Shown here: piece by piece, positions 1-15,312 of the stretch
Layout: every line of letters begins with the position of its first letter
Numbering within the stretch: position 1 is the first letter of the stretch
Source of the DNA: the human T2T-CHM13v2.0 reference genome, Homo sapiens
Assembly (NCBI RefSeq): GCF_009914755.1
Contig: NC_060926.1
DNA: 64,000 bases
Direction: 5' to 3' (one strand)
Notes under the pieces: generated by a model
The model's input: the letters and a program-made list of their open reading frames with translations, nothing else
Databases searched by the model: none
Told to the model about the DNA's origin: nothing
Translations under genes and position numbers: made by a program

Positions 1-251
1 TTTAAACTCCAAAGGGAAGTTGAAGCTCATAGAGACCAGCCCTTTCACAGGGGTGATGAAGACACAGAAGCCCCAAGAGGGCCCTGCCACCTGCTGGGAA
101 GAGTAGAACCACCACTCGGTCTCTCACCAGCTGAAATGGATTCTAGGGAATCATACCTAGCCCTGTGAGAATGATCTAGGATGTGAGAAGATGCCACATG
201 CTAGGGCAGATAAGGAAGGCTACATTTCACCAATGAAGGAAGCCGGATTAG

Positions 252-592
<341 letters not shown>

Positions 593-779
593 AGAGCTGC
601 AATTTTAATGGAGGTGTCAGAGGAGGCCTCAGGGCTTGCAGGTCATGAGGGGTTCACCATATGGGCAGTGGGGCAGAGTCTCTAGACAGTAAATGGGAAG
701 GCCCAAAGGCAGGGGTGAGCCACATTGGGGAAGAGTAAACAAGACACAAAGGGAAGAGTCAAAATGGAAAAAACTGGAC

Positions 780-995
780 CACACAGAGCTTTGAAGGCTT
801 CTGGAATGAGTTTAGTGTTCATCCCAGGTGGAACGCGTGCCATGGTGAGGCTGGGAGCAAGATGCGGCATGGAGATCCCAACTTGCGGTGTGAAAAGATC
901 ACTCTGGCTGGTATGTTGAGAGACACAGTGGGAGCTGAGAGTCAAAGCAGGGAGGCCCTTAGGAGGCTGCTTCAGTAATCCAGGCAGGAATCATG
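780..995 (-). mobile_element. L2 LINE fragment (degraded)
   Basis: GAAAAGATCACTCTGGCTG...GCAGGGAGGCCCTTAGGAGGCTGCTTCAGTAATCCAGGCAG resembles L2 sequence; boundaries approximate. Confidence 0.6.
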
Positions 996-3900
996 TATTA
1001 AAAAAAAGGAAAAATCAAAACTTACATTGCTCCAGGCACATGCCTCATGGACTGCAATAACAATGGGTTCTTCCCATAAAAACTGTGCAGAGTTGATATT
1101 TGAAAACCCCATTCCATTATTCTGATGGGAAAATGGAATTTGGGAATTAAGACCTTCCCCAGTGTCTCATACTGGAGCTCAGCTTCAAATCCTGACTCCG
1201 CAGCCTTGAGCACCTGCTGCACGCAGCACCCTGCAAGGCATGGAGGAGACTCCACCCTCCGGAGCTCCAGGCTAGCAGCTGATGAGATGGGGAGGGCCAC
1301 ATATGCAAAAGTCAAAGGACAAGAAGATGGGAGAAGCCAACCCTTCTGTGTCTAATGCATGCTCTGCTCCCTCAGAGCTTTTCCCCAGCCAATATACTTC
1401 TCAGGGAGGGACCCATAAGACACGAGGCAGGGCCTGGGAGTAATTTAAGGAAGGCATGGAGGAAAACCGGAAGAGTCAGAAGAAAATAACAACAACAGAA
1501 ACACATCACACAGACTCCAGACTCCAGGGTGTAGAGAAAAAGACAGGAAGGGAGGAATGTAGGACAGAAGGGAGGAAGAACTGGAGTGGGGAAGAGGGGA
1601 AGGGAGGGAAGGAAGGAGAAAGGGAGAGAAGGAAGTCAATGCTCCAGTTCAGGGTCGTGTCTCTATTTCTCTGCCTGGAACACTTGCCTCTCTCCTCCTC
1701 TCTCTCCCTTCATCAATCTTTATCAGAGATGGGGTTATACAGTTTCACACCTTCTTCCTTGGAAAGTAAGTCCATAAAAAGCGAATGAGCTGTGCAGATC
1801 CTGGCCTTCCTCTGCTCTGGTCTGCATTTCACTGGGTTGATGATGCACCCTGCAGTTCCCAGACTCCCCTCTCAGCTGGCTTTGGGCTTCAGTTGGCCAT
1901 AGTGTCTTGGAGGAGAGCTAGGAAAGGGCAAGAAAGAAAAAGTCTGGGTTGTTTTCCTTTTCCCTCTTCCCTTCAGCCTTTCCAACCCCTGCCCCTTGAC
2001 CTGGAAAGCACAGCCTTGTCCCTTTGCTGTTCAGTTTGGGATGGACCTGGCTCCCTATTTTTTTTTTTTTTGTGCTAATCTCTGAGTTGCTTTGTCCTAC
2101 TCTGTTTGGTTTTTCTGATCTTCTATCACCACTGAAGCTAATTCATTGGATTAAATTCCTCCTGTTCTAAATACTTAAAGAGGCTCCTGATTTTCTTGAA
2201 TGACACACAAGCATAATTTTAAACAATAGAAATCCATGCATTATAAAACTAAAAAGAGTACAAAGAAGGATTCCATTTTTAAAACACCTCCCTTTAAAAA
2301 TGGGTTCCACTTCAGATGGATAATTTAACAATAAGAACTTTTGTTTGAATAGAAGTCAAAGTGTTTACAGGCATAAAAGTATTTCTGAAAGAATAATCAT
2401 CGGTTTCTTTAACAGTACTATAATGAATTAAGACACAGTACTATCCACAAGTTCATCAATATTTAATTTTCTTCTAAAAACCACATTAGGATTAACATTA
2501 CAAAGAAAACAGGTTTTTGTTGCAAGGAAAAATGTATCTCTGTGATATGATTGTTTCATGTGATACGTCTGTTAGCATAACGCAGTGGAAGGGAGGTTAT
2601 TTATATGAACAAAATCTCTTTTTCTGAATTTCTGCCCCTTGTTACTTTTACAAACGAAGCATCACTTGATCAGCAGGAAGACACAGTACACAAAGCTTTG
2701 CCACAGCAGGATATGTTCCCTAATGTTTGGCTAATCTTTGGGTGTTCTCAAAGAAAGTAATGGAAGAATTTTAATAGCAGGGGTTATATGAACTTCTTCT
2801 TGAATTACCTGGGTCAGCTAAACACTTTGCAAGATGTTATGGCACAAGACCCATATAAGTATGTCCAGAATCTCTACACTGCCATATTCAGAACCAATTT
2901 GTAGCTCTTTTCTAAGTGCTAAGCTTTAATAGATAACGCTGTTAATAATTAATCCTTTTCTTAAAGTGCTTTGATTTTTCTGATTCATATTCCGCTAAGT
3001 ATTTTTTTGGCAACTGAAAGCTTACTGAGCCAAGGCACAATTACAATGGTGAAGGAACCATATATTCCAGTCCCCATGAGATGCTAATGAAGGAGGCTAG
3101 GCAGGTGTGCCGACTTCAGCCTGCAAAAGAAGCTTGGCATTATTCATCTCATCACAAGAGGCACATTTAGCCCAAATTAAAATACCCATGCACACTGGTC
3201 ACCACACATGCTATTCCACATGAGTGCCTTTGTTAGTACCATTGCCTTTCTCACCTCTACCCTGCTACTGCCTGCTCATCTCTGAAGATTCAGCCATCAC
3301 CTCCTTCAAGAAGTCCTCCTTGATTCCTCCCCCAGCCCAGGCTTGCTTGGTAGCCTCCCCTCAGCTTTGCCTTACTTGCCTCTGCTTTTTTCTGCACATT
3401 GTACCATGGTGATCCCTTTGTGGGTCTGCAGCCCCTATGGACTCCGAGCTTCTGCAAAGCATGGTCTATGTGAATGTGGAGCTTAAAACAGCTTCTCAGT
3501 ACATGTTTTCTGAACAAAGCTGAGCTGAGCAGAGCAGACTGGCTGATAATTTATGAAGTCTAGATTATGCCTCCAGCAAAACTGCAAAAGGCAACATTTC
3601 CTCTAGCCCAGTGCTCCATGACCATTTCAGGACACAGCTGAACACTCATCTTATTTCTGTACAGTCGCCTGTGTGCCGACACGGCTTGCATTTTTCCTTT
3701 TCTTTTGGCTTTCTTCCTGTAAGAATTACACAATCTCCTGTCCTCCTCTTACCTCCTCCTCCTCCTCCTGCACTATACCTCCAGCTATGAAAAGCTATGA
3801 ATAAAGAAAGACAGCTGGCACTTCAGGATCCTGTTACTGATTCAATACGTGCATACCTTTCCATGAGTCCTGCCGAGTTGCATCTTCTTGACAATGGCAA

Positions 3901-4219
3901 TGCCAAATCAGCCTTGATTCTTTCCCATACAGAAAAATACAGACCTCAGAAGCCTGAAAGGGCTTGTGGGGCTCAATCAGACTTGCTCCATCCTATGGGA
4001 ACATAATGGATCACACATAGGCAAACCTGCCTTCGAAAAGCCTCTACCATCGGCTTTCTGTTTGTGATCCCAGGCCAGATACTGCATTTCTTTGCAGCTT
4101 TGTTTCTTCATTTCTAAAATAAGATTAATACTCTACATTACACAGTGTTTGGGGGAGGATTAATAAGATAATATTATGCAGACTCTATCACCTAATGGCA
4201 AAAAATGGGTAGAAATAAT

Positions 4220-4660
4220 ATTGGTTTTTATTTTGGTCCCACCCCCCCAAAATTCATATGTTGAAGTTCTCACCCCCAGTTCCTTGTAATGTGACCTTAT
4301 TTGGAGCTAGAATCTTTACAGAGGTAATCAAATCAAAATGAGGTCATTAGGGTGGGCCCTGATCCAACATAACTGATGTCCTTACATAAAGGGGAAATTT
4401 GACCACAGAGCCAGGCGCACAGTGAGAACGCTGTGTGAAGATGAATGGAGAGATCAGATTGGAGTGAGGAGTCTACAAGCCAAGGAACGCCAGATGTGGC
4501 CCACAATCCCCCAGGAGCTGGGGGAGAGGCTAGGAACAGGGTCTCCCTTATACCTCCAGAAGGGATCAGCCCTATAAACCCTTGATCTTGAACTTCTGGC
4601 CTCTAGAACTGCAAGATGATAGTGTCTGTTGCTTAAGCCCTCCAGTTTGTGGTAGTTTAT
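4220..4660 (+). mobile_element. MaLR solo LTR (MLT1B/C-like)
   Basis: CCCCCCAAAATTCATATGTTGAAG...TGTGACCTTATTTGGA...ATGAGGTCATTAGGGTGGGCCCT...CTTGATCTTGAACTTCTGGCCTCTAGAACTG. Confidence 0.85.
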
Positions 4661-6742
4661 GTTTGAAGATGCTCAAAAATGGAGATGTTAAACAAAAACC
4701 TAAGTCACCAGGACAGGTCCAGGAGTTAGACCCAGGCCAGCAGCGCCTTTCCACTAGAGCCCTTTGTTCAGCCAGTGGCTAAAGTGTCAGTCACCACAGT
4801 CTCTACCCAGGCCCCTCACATGCCACCTCCTGCAGCAGAGCCCCTTCATCTCCACATCATCTCCCTGTCCCAAAGGGCCTTGAGCACACCCTCCTCTCCA
4901 ACCTGGCCCTTCAGGGAGGAAGGACAGATGGCTTCCAGTGGGATTCTACTTTAATTGGTCTAGAGTGGGGCTCAGTCATCACTGCTTTAAGAGCTCTCTG
5001 GATGACCCTCACGTGCAGCCGGTAAGGATGTCTGCCTTAGACCACACGGCCCTACAGTGAGGCCAGTGCTGTCTTCCTTGTGGGTGTCTGCCATGCACCA
5101 TCCAGTGGGTGCTCCCGTGGGTGGGGAACCAGTGAATGGAGTCCCTGGTAACAGATGAAAACCAATGAACCTCCTTGAGCATATGGTGCCTGCCTAGCAG
5201 TCAGGGGCTCAGGCCCTTACAAAAGCCGCTTAGCTGCCTGCCTCCATCCCCCCACCGCCCTCCATGCTCTGTGCTGCCTCACGGCCTCATTCCTGCCTGG
5301 AATCCCAAATCACCTGGCCTTCACATCAAGGAGGGCTGAGTCACTACATGGAGGGGTAGTTTCCATCCAGTTTTTTTTTTTTTATTAATTCTATAGGCCA
5401 GTCACATTCTCATTAAGAGGGGATGACCCTCTGATATGGCCAGGGTTCTTTCTGAAATAATAACAACAAATAATAATAAAGCAATAGAATAAAAATAAAT
5501 AAAGATAACCTCCCTGTTGAAAACAATTGAGTATCCATTGTCTGTTTCAAGTAGTCCACCTCCCTTTGTGAACCATCGTAGCCTGCTGCTGTCCTCAGCT
5601 AGTAATCATCCTAATTTTTTTTTTTCTGTGCTGCAATAAACTGAGATATGTTGACCTACTTAATTCTCCCTCACCCACAACAGGCTTTCTCCTGCATCGG
5701 GACTGTTGCTCCTGCTGTTCCTTCTCCCTAACCACCTGGGACCCTGTTTTCAACACTTAGTTCACGAATCTCCTTCTCTGATCCCCCTTCTTAAAAATCC
5801 TCCATCCAGAACTGACCCCCAAGGCAGGGCCCAGTGTCAGGGCTTCCTTCAGCCTCTTGGTTTGCTTTCACATGGTTTTGTCTGTGATGATGAACATCTA
5901 TGGTCTCTCTCCCCAACCCTCCAGAATCTTGAGAACTGTGGCTAGGTCTTACTCATACCTGTATCATCCGGCAACTGGCACGTAGAATGTGCCAGTTTGT
6001 TGAATGAATGAGTAAATAATATTAATTGATGTTTACTAGTGCTTTCCAGTTTACAAAGTATTGCCAATGACAAAGAGTATGAGTGAAAGAGAAAGAAAGA
6101 TTATGCAGATTTACGAGCTGTTCCATGCAGGACTCTGGCCAACACCGACTCAATTTTAAATGAGTTACTGCTCTCTGAGGGCCTGCAATGGAAATACGGC
6201 TGTGAGGAGACTGTGGTGGTTTTGCATCTGGACAAAAGAGGGCAAGTTTACACACCATGGTGCAGAGGAGCCAGCTTCATCCCACTGCAATTTGATTGAT
6301 ACCATGACTTCGGCCAGTCTTCACATCAAGCGGGAACCTTGAATGCTGGCATTTATAAGGAAAGGTCAGCAGAGTTAACAGACGTGCCTGTGGCCATGCA
6401 GAGAGGCAGGTTGTGGTGCTTCCACCAGTGAGTAGGAACACCCTCCCAAAGAGGCCATATCCTGAAAGCAAAGGTGGTTCCCTTCCTATTCATTCATGCC
6501 CCAATCTCTGAGGGAGTTTTAATCTCCATTTTGAACTCTAAACCTTTTGCCAAGACCTCTGGTGAAGTCATTTGGAAATGGTGAGGCCCACACAGAAGGA
6601 GAACTGGCTTGGAGGCAGCCCTGAACAGGACCTCTTGCCTTGGGCCCTAGAGAGGCTACTGGATGCATCAAGAGTAGATGCATCACCAGTCCTGTCTACT
6701 GTTCACTCTGTTTCAGCTCCTTAAAAATACCCAGCATGGCCC

Positions 6743-7070
6743 TGTCCACCAAAGAGTATCTGAGACAGGTCTCAATCAATTCAGAAGTTTATTTTGCCAA
6801 GGTAAATGACATGACCAGGAGACAGGTCTGTTCCTTTCTCTAAGGATGGTTTTGAAGGCTCCAATATTTAAAGGGGAAAAGAGGGCTGGAGGGGAAAGAG
6901 GGAGGGTATGGTAACATTACTGAATCCACATTACAAGTGAAAAGGAGCAGCTAGGAGAATCATCAATCATGTATTTGTCTCAGGCTCAGTAAATCAGCAC
7001 TTTACATAAGATAAGGTGAACATAGAGTAGCAACCTGTGGAGATATTTAACCTTTCATCTGTAGCTACCT
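6743..7070 (-). mobile_element. ERV1 LTR fragment (MER4-family)
   Basis: TATCTGAGACAGGTCTCAATCAATTCAGAAGTTTATTTTGCCAAGG resembles the reverse complement of the MER4 LTR 3' end. Confidence 0.7.
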
Positions 7071-8894
7071 GGCACATTCTGACTCTGGAGTTGTGTAGCT
7101 TGCCATCTGTAGTCTGTCTGTGGCTCTCTTGCTTTTATTCTGCATTCTTTCCAGATTCCACATCCCTCTTTTGGTTCCAATCCTTAGTCAGCTTCTGTGG
7201 ATCAACGACTTGATTTCAGATTAGCAATCTCAGCTTTTACCTTCAGTAGCCATTACGCCACCTCCTACAGCAACCCTGCTGCCATCACTGCCTGTAACAC
7301 ACCCAAAGACGCATCTGTGGGTCTCTGACTGACAGCTTCATATGCTGAAACCACAGGGAAGAGGCTTCCCAAGCCTCCTTAAACCCTAGGTCTTCTGTTG
7401 TTTATTCCAGCCCAACCAGGTCTCTGTCTGGCAGGGAGATGGCTCTGACTCCAAGGCGGTTATCTGCCCACTGGGTAGCATCAAGCCCAGGCTCACTGCC
7501 TAGCTCCAGTCATTCCTCTGTGGTAAATTGCCTCCATGCCTATGCAATGAGGAAGCTTCCACAGAGCCACTCTTCTTCTATTAGAAACACTGATCATTGA
7601 GAAGCCCACAGCTAGAGAGGTAACCCACCTTTTCTAACTATGTTGAGTCTTCCTATGTCTATATTACTGACTTTACTGTCATCTCATTTTAGTTTTCTGC
7701 CTTACTCTGTTTTTTCAGTTTCTTTCTAATTTTTAAATTCTCAAATCCTTAGGAAAAAGAGATGAAAATAAGTACATAACTTAAATGAAGTATTAGATTA
7801 ACCAAAACAGAGACGATCCAGGACAATGAAGCATGTTTTATGTTTTATATGAGGTCTCCAAGATGAGAATTAATTGGAGGGTTTTTATGCTCTTGAAATT
7901 TCTCAGATAACAAAGGTTTTAAATCTTAGAAACACAGGCACAGGGGGAAGGAGATTTAGAGGTTTCTAATCTAATATTTGAATTCTAAAGATAGGAATAT
8001 AAAACCCAGGGGGAAAAATTCACCCAAAAGTCATGAGGTAATGTGTGTCAAAGACAACGTCCTTTATTCAATAACCCATTTGATCACTGAGTACCTACCA
8101 TATAGCCAGAAGGTCAGTGTAGAAAAGTGATTGATAGAATGGACTTTGGATTTAGATAGTCGTGAATGCAAATACCTATTTACATCTCATGCTCTATTAA
8201 GTCACTGCAGCAAGCTATGTAATCTGAGAGTTAGCTTCCTTTGCATAAAATGTGGATAGTAGTACTTACTTCAGAGGGTTGTCTTGGTGGCAAAACGAGG
8301 TCCTACATTAAATCCTTCAGTACAATACATGTCACATAGCTAAGCTCAATAAATGTCAGCTACATTTTTGCAATTGCCCAGCTCCAAGCACAGGATTATT
8401 CCCCCAACATTATGAAGCAACAGAATGCAGAGTAATGTCTGTCAAGATATTTGGACTACAGAATCCAGGTTTTTACCTTGATTATCTCGGCTTCAAACAC
8501 AGGTATGTCCCAAATGAACTGCTAATTGGATATTATGTAATAGCAATTAACACAGGACAAATTTATTTTAAAGCAACAACAACAATATAAAGCTGGGCCA
8601 CACAATTCAGCTTAGTGCTAGAGAACCAGTGATTCTATTACAGGGAAAAGCCACACAGCAGACTGGGACTAATAGCATTCCACCGGTGCCAGGAAAATAG
8701 ATAAAAATAGATAGTTAATATGCTCCTATTTGCCTCAGTAATAATTACATATATTTTGAAATAGTCACTAAACTATTAAAATGCTGCATAGGTAGCCTAT
8801 AAATGATTTTCTCACTGTATCTTCAGAAAATCTACCACGTTAACTTAACCTACCAAAAAAGCAGCTGAAGCAAATGTAAGAGAAAGAAACAGTT

Positions 8895-10335
8895 CTTTCA
8901 GTCCTAAAATTCATTTGGAATAATGAAAGACCCAAAATAACCAAGGCAATGCTGAGCAAAAAGAACAAAGCTGAAGGCATCATTATTTGACTTTAAAGTG
9001 TATTACAAAGCTCTAGTAACCAAAACAGCATGGTAGTGGCATAAAAATGGACACGTAGAACAATGGAACAGAATAGAGAGCCTACAGCAAACAGATTTTT
9101 GACAAAGATGCTAACAACACACATTGGGAAAAAGCCTCTTCAACAAATGGTACCTGGAAAATTAGATAACCACATGAAAAAGAATGAGACTAGACCCCTA
9201 CCTCTCACCATGTAAAAAATCAACTCAAAACGGATTAAAGACTTAAATGTAAAACCCAAAACTATAAAACTACTAGAAGAAAACATAGGGGAAACATTTT
9301 ATGACATTGCGCTGGGCAAAGATTTTTTAAAATAAGAATTCAAAAGCAGAAGCAACAAAAGCAAAAATAGAAAAATAGAATTAAATCAAACTCAAAAGCT
9401 TTTGCACAGCAAAGGAAAGAATTAGCAAAGTGAAGAGATAATCTATGGAATGGTAAAAATACTTGCAACCTACACATCTGACAAAAAGTTAGTATCCAGA
9501 TTATATTAGGAACTTAAACAACTCAACAACAATGACAAGAACCCAATTAAATATGGGCAAAAGACCTTAATAGACATTTTTCAAAAGTGGACATACAAAT
9601 GGCCAGCAGGTATTTGAAAACATATCCAGTATTACTAATCATCAGGGAAATGCAAACCAAAACCACAGTGAGATACAACCTCACTCCAATTAAAATGGTT
9701 ATTATCAAAATGATAAAAGAAAAGTACACTAAGAAAAAAGAAAAGGGAATACTTATACATATTGTTGGTGGGATTATAAATTAATACAACCAGTATGGAA
9801 AACAGTAGGAAGATTACCTCAAAAATTAAAAATAGAACTACCATACAATCTAGCACTCCCACTACAGTGTATATATCTAAAGAAAATGAAATCAGTACGT
9901 CAAAGAGATATCTGCATTTCTATGTTTATTGCAGTATTATTTACAATATCCCAGATATGGAAACCACCCAAGCATGCAATAATGAATGAATGGATAAAAA
10001 TGTGTACATACACACAATGGAATACTAATCAGCCATAAAAAAGAATGAAATCTTGTCATTTTCAAGAACATGGATGGACCTGGAGGACATCATGTTAAGT
10101 GAAATAAACCAGATACAATGACAGTACCATATGATTTCACTCATTTATAGAATCTAAAAATAAAAATAAAACGTTAGTATGATAGAAGCAGAGAACAGGT
10201 ACCAGAGTCTGGGGAATGGAGTGGGAAATGGGGAGAGGTTGGTCAACAGGTACAAAGTTAAAATTTGATAGGAGAAATAAGTTCTGGTGTTGTATAGGGT
10301 GATGATAGTAACAGTAAGGTATAGTATAACACAGA
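8895..10335 (+). mobile_element. 5'-truncated L1 (L1MA-like): end of ORF2 plus 3'UTR, degenerate
   Basis: AAAAAGAACAAAGCTGAAGGCATC, CCAAAACAGCATGGTAGTGGCATAAAAA, IIREMQTKTTVRYNLTPIKMVIIK (L1 ORF2 C-terminus), AGCCATAAAAAAGAATGAAATC; many stops and frameshifts. Confidence 0.93.
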
Positions 10336-11014
10336 AGAGAGGCGTTTTGGTTTTGCCAGACTGGCCCCTCACCATCCATGAATATGCATGAACTCTGCAA
10401 GCTCTGCATTAAAGCAGCTCTGCCTCTTACCAGCCATGTGACTTTGGGTGAGTCTTTGAATCTCCATGTCCTCATATTTGAAGTGGAGAAAATAATACCT
10501 GCCTTATTGGGATGCTTGAGAGTTAATTATGACAAAACCTACAGCTGACAATACATAGTAGGAGCTTAATAGTGGCTTATCCATCCCAGGCTCCATGTGT
10601 TTGCTTGTAGTTTGCTCTTCTAGAATGGGTTTCTTTGTACTCTGTCCATTTAAATCCCATCTATCATTCCAGACAAGTTTAAGGCAATAATTCCTCCAGG
10701 AAACTTTGCCTATCCTTTCTAGTCCACATAGACCTGGTACTTTTGGTTCATAGCACATTGTTAAAACTGCTCATTTATAATATTGGATTTAGAAACTAAA
10801 ATCTGAACCCCAAACTATGGTGGCAGCCTGATATTTAGAGTGTTCTGCCGGCTCCCTGTTACTCCACAGGTATGTTAGACCAGCCCATTACTATACTACT
10901 TGTAAATACCTGAATAAGCAGAAGATCAATTTTTTGAGAAGATAGATTATGTCTTACTCTTCTTAGTAGCCTTAGAGTCTAGCACTGTTCCAGAATCCTA
11001 GCAGATCCCAGATG

Positions 11015-11452
11015 TGTTAGTATCCTAGAGCTGCTATAATAAAGCACCACAACTGGGTGGCTTAAACAAGACATTTATTCTCTCTCAGTTCTGGAGACTA
11101 GAAGTCCAAAAGCAAGATGCTAGCAAAGTCACACTTCCTCTAAACCTTCTCAAGGAAGATCTCTCCCTGCCTCTTCCTGTTTCTGGTAGGCCCAGGAGTT
11201 CCTTGGCTTGTGGCAGCACCACTCCAATCTCTGCTTACCACACAGCAATCCCACTGTGTTTGTCTCTGTCTGAGCCCTCACCAGAATCACATTTAACACC
11301 CATATTTCTATCAAAAGTCTCTTTGAGGAAATCTAGGCTTTTTCTAACATATGCCTCAAAATTCTTCTGGTCTCTACTTAATATTCAATTCTGAAGCGAA
11401 TTCCACATTTATAGGTATTTACTACAGAGCACCCCACTCTTGATACCAAAAT
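11015..11452 (-). mobile_element. MaLR LTR (MLT1-family)
   Basis: CTGCTATAATAAAGCACCACAACTGGGTGGCTTAAACAAG...TCTCAGTTCTGGAGACTAGAAGTCCAAAAGCAAG. Confidence 0.75.
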
Positions 11453-11491
11453 CTGTATCAGTCAGAGGTCTCCAGAGGAACAAAACAAATT

Positions 11492-11493
<2 letters not shown>

Positions 11494-11532
<39 letters not shown>
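11494..11532. repeat. (TG)n microsatellite
   Basis: About 19 TG units seen directly. Confidence 0.95.
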
Positions 11533-11533
<1 letters not shown>

Positions 11534-11663
11534 ATGCACACATGTATAGGGAGAGAAAATGAGAAAGACAGGGAGAGAGATTTATCATTTACCTTAAGGA
11601 ATTGGCCCATGCAATTGTGGATACTGGCAACTCTGAATTATGCAGCATAGGCCAGCAGGCTGA

Positions 11664-11999
<336 letters not shown>

Positions 12000-14900
12000 A
12001 TCTGCTGCAGTCTTAAGGTAGCATTTCTTCTTTTCCAGAAACCTCAGTGTTAGCTTTTAGGCCTTAAACTGAATGAGGCCCACCCACTTTATCAAGGCCA
12101 TCTTTGTCTTTACTTAAAGTCAGCTGACTGTAGATGTCAGTCATACGTACAAAATATCTTCACAGTAACATCTAGACTAGTATTTTACCAAACAACTGAG
12201 TGCCATAGCCTAGCCAAGTTGACAATTTAACCATTACACAGGGCTAGGAATGGTGGTTAAATTTGACTTTGCCATTCGTTAATTCACTTGGAATCATTCA
12301 GAATTCACAATACCTTTTATTTCTTCAACTGTAAAAGGAGAAGTTTGGAGCAGACTCTAGGATCTCAGTAAGTTCCAAATTTTGTAGTTTATACTATGTT
12401 TGATTCTAGGTTGTCCTGACTTGCTCCTCTTCCTCTGGTCCCTCTGCCCTTCAGCAATCTATTTCACTGCCACTCCCATCCAAATCTCTGTCCTGGAACC
12501 TAATCCCTCCTTGAAGCAGAATTCTAAGCTAATATCATTGGTTTCAGAGGCATGGGGTGGGGAGACTTGATGTGCATTATACTAAACATGCTATTCTCAG
12601 CGGAAAGAAAACATATCTAGGGAAGGTATTCAGTTAGTTGAGAGGAGAAATAATGTCTTTATGTATGATACACGCAGAATAATAAAAAAATGCTTTATTG
12701 GGCATAAGCTGGAAGCAAAAACTGAAGGCCTTCAGAACATCATAGTTCCAACCCCATGAGTCATTTGAGTTACCTGAGGAACAAATTGGACAGATACAGA
12801 ATGATGTGGTGTAATGAGCACACGCAGATGCCACTTGAATCCTGTACATATGGCAGCATTTTTCCAAACATTTTATTTTCTCTAGCCCCAAAGTCTTCCT
12901 GATATTACAAATTCATGCTGCGATTTTTTAGTAGAATGAAATTACAGTAGCTCAGAATTATACCAATAATTATATTCTGCTAGATGAGAATGATTATGTG
13001 TTCCAAGCTGCTAGCAGGGCCTCTAGCAACAGTCAGGAAATCATTTTCTTAGTGCCAAATAATTTGGTAAAGCATTTTAGCAAAAGAGTTAAGAGGAGAG
13101 GCCGAGAGGTCATTCACACCTGCGGAATTTTGTCTGTCATCCATTAGCTCTGTGGTCAAGAGTTCAGTTCTCCAAGTTTCAGTTTATTTGTAAATTGGAA
13201 ATAATAACATGCCCATCTCATAGAACTTTAAGGATTAAATCAGAAATATATTTATAGATATGTTGTAAAGCATATCACAAAAAGATAGTGCATCAGAAAA
13301 ATCCACAAAATGAAATGGTAAAACTCTTAATTGGGGCTCCTTGAAAATTCCCTATGTAGTAGTTTCGGTTACTGTTCAAAAATATTAACTTTTTTCCCCC
13401 TACTCATATCAGTGGACTAATTTTCTACCCCTTGATTCTGGAATTAGTCATGTGCCTTGCTTCGGCCAATGAGATGTTAGATGTGACATAAAATATTACA
13501 TGGGCTTGAGAAGCAGGTGCAGTTTTGGGCTTGCTCTCTTCTGCTTGTTATTGCCTTGAGAAAAACTCACCCAGGCTGGCCTGCTGATCCCAGGAGAGGA
13601 TTAGAGACACACAGATCAGAGTCCAGCCATGGTGAGTTGACCCAAGGGAACTTGAAATAGCATGCAAAATACAGCAAAATGGGACCCTCAGCTGAACCAC
13701 AGAGCCAGGAGAAGGAATGACTATTGGGTTAGTCCATTGAGTTTTGCAGTGGTTTGTGAAGCAGTAATTTTGTGATATTAACTAGCATCTCTGTATGTAT
13801 TGTAACCATGTATCACAGTTTACTCAGCACAGACCTAGTTTAAACCTATTGTTTTGTGTCTCATCTATTTTACATTGTCCATTATCTATTTTATTTAGAC
13901 AGAGTAATAATTATTTGATGCATTGAAATGAATTAAGTTGGATTTGGTAGACCTTCACTTGGCACTTAAAACTTCCTTTATGATCTATCTAGTGAAGTTG
14001 AAATGAGTGCAGTCAAGAGACCCCACTTCAACCTATGATTAAATCTGAAAGATGACCAAAAATAACATCTCTTTTCTTGACCCTTTCCAGACAAACTGTA
14101 ACCAACACTTCTCTTTCAAATGAAAGTATGTAGGATACTTGCAAATAAAACAAAATGTGCTCAAACACTAGCACATAGTGAGAACTAACTCTTCCCAGTC
14201 TTGAGTAGCAGTGAGGGAAGTATTTGAGCTGCTGCTGCCAGTCATCTGGTATACTACCCACTGGGCCAGGGCCATAGTGAAGCTTGAAAGTTTCACAAAG
14301 TTCCTAGGTCACAAGTCAGATGAAGTGTGTAGAAAACAAGTAAAATAGAGGTTAAATATATACAAAGTATGTAAAAAAAAAAAAAAAAAAGATGCCATTT
14401 ATTATGTAATGCAACTCTACAGATTTTTTTTAAAGATTTTATTTGATAACAGTTTTCTTTTGCTATTAATCATATTAACATCAAAAACCAAAAAGTATAG
14501 TTAATTAATGAAAAGTGTAAATTTCTGTTTTTCAAGAAAATGAATCATGACGTGGCAAAAAATACTCCTCAATGCTTTCTTTTACCATACATGTTGTTGT
14601 AATATTAGTAACCACAGGGAAACTGAAAGATCAACTGTGCTGAAGAAACATCAGTATCTATTTCAAAATTATTTTAAGGAAGTGCCTGCCAAGTATGATT
14701 TAACATATGATGTGGTAGACAGTGAGATTACAATCACTCTACAGAGCATGACTTTGCAGTTAGATCAAATTATTCCTTAAATTAATTGTACTCACTTTTA
14801 AAATTAAGTATTTTTGAACCTGTACCAAGTGTAAAACTATAATTATTAATATGTTGGTTTTACTAGCAGAAGAAATTCATAAAGAGTTAAATAATTTCAG

Positions 14901-15277
14901 TTTCATTAAAAAATCCTAAAAATAGGAAGTCAGATTAATTTCAATAATAAATTTTTGTTTTTCCATTTTATGGAATCAAAGTAAACCTAATTGAATGTTA
15001 AAATGAATTGAAAATTCAATTAAAAGTTCAATATCAAAGATCAAATTATGTGTTTGTGATGTAATGTAAATACAAAATTAAGAAATCTATGGAACAGACT
15101 GTCCTTGGAATTTCTTGTGAGATAAACAAAATTAACAATAAAATTCAGAGAAGCTGAAATAATCTGCCAATCAAAATAAAATCCGTCATTGTCAAAACAT
15201 ACAGATATACATATAAACATCTTAAGTAACTAAATTACAAAATTTTTGACAAAGCTAATGTTGAATATTTTTATAAT

Positions 15278-15279
<2 letters not shown>

Positions 15280-15311
<32 letters not shown>
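15280..15311. repeat. (TG)n microsatellite
   Basis: About 16 GT units seen directly. Confidence 0.95.

Positions 15312-15312
<1 letters not shown>

Noticed and set aside
9547-9989. ORFs resembling L1 ORF2 protein
   Set aside because: Fragments of a dead, truncated L1 with stops and frameshifts.
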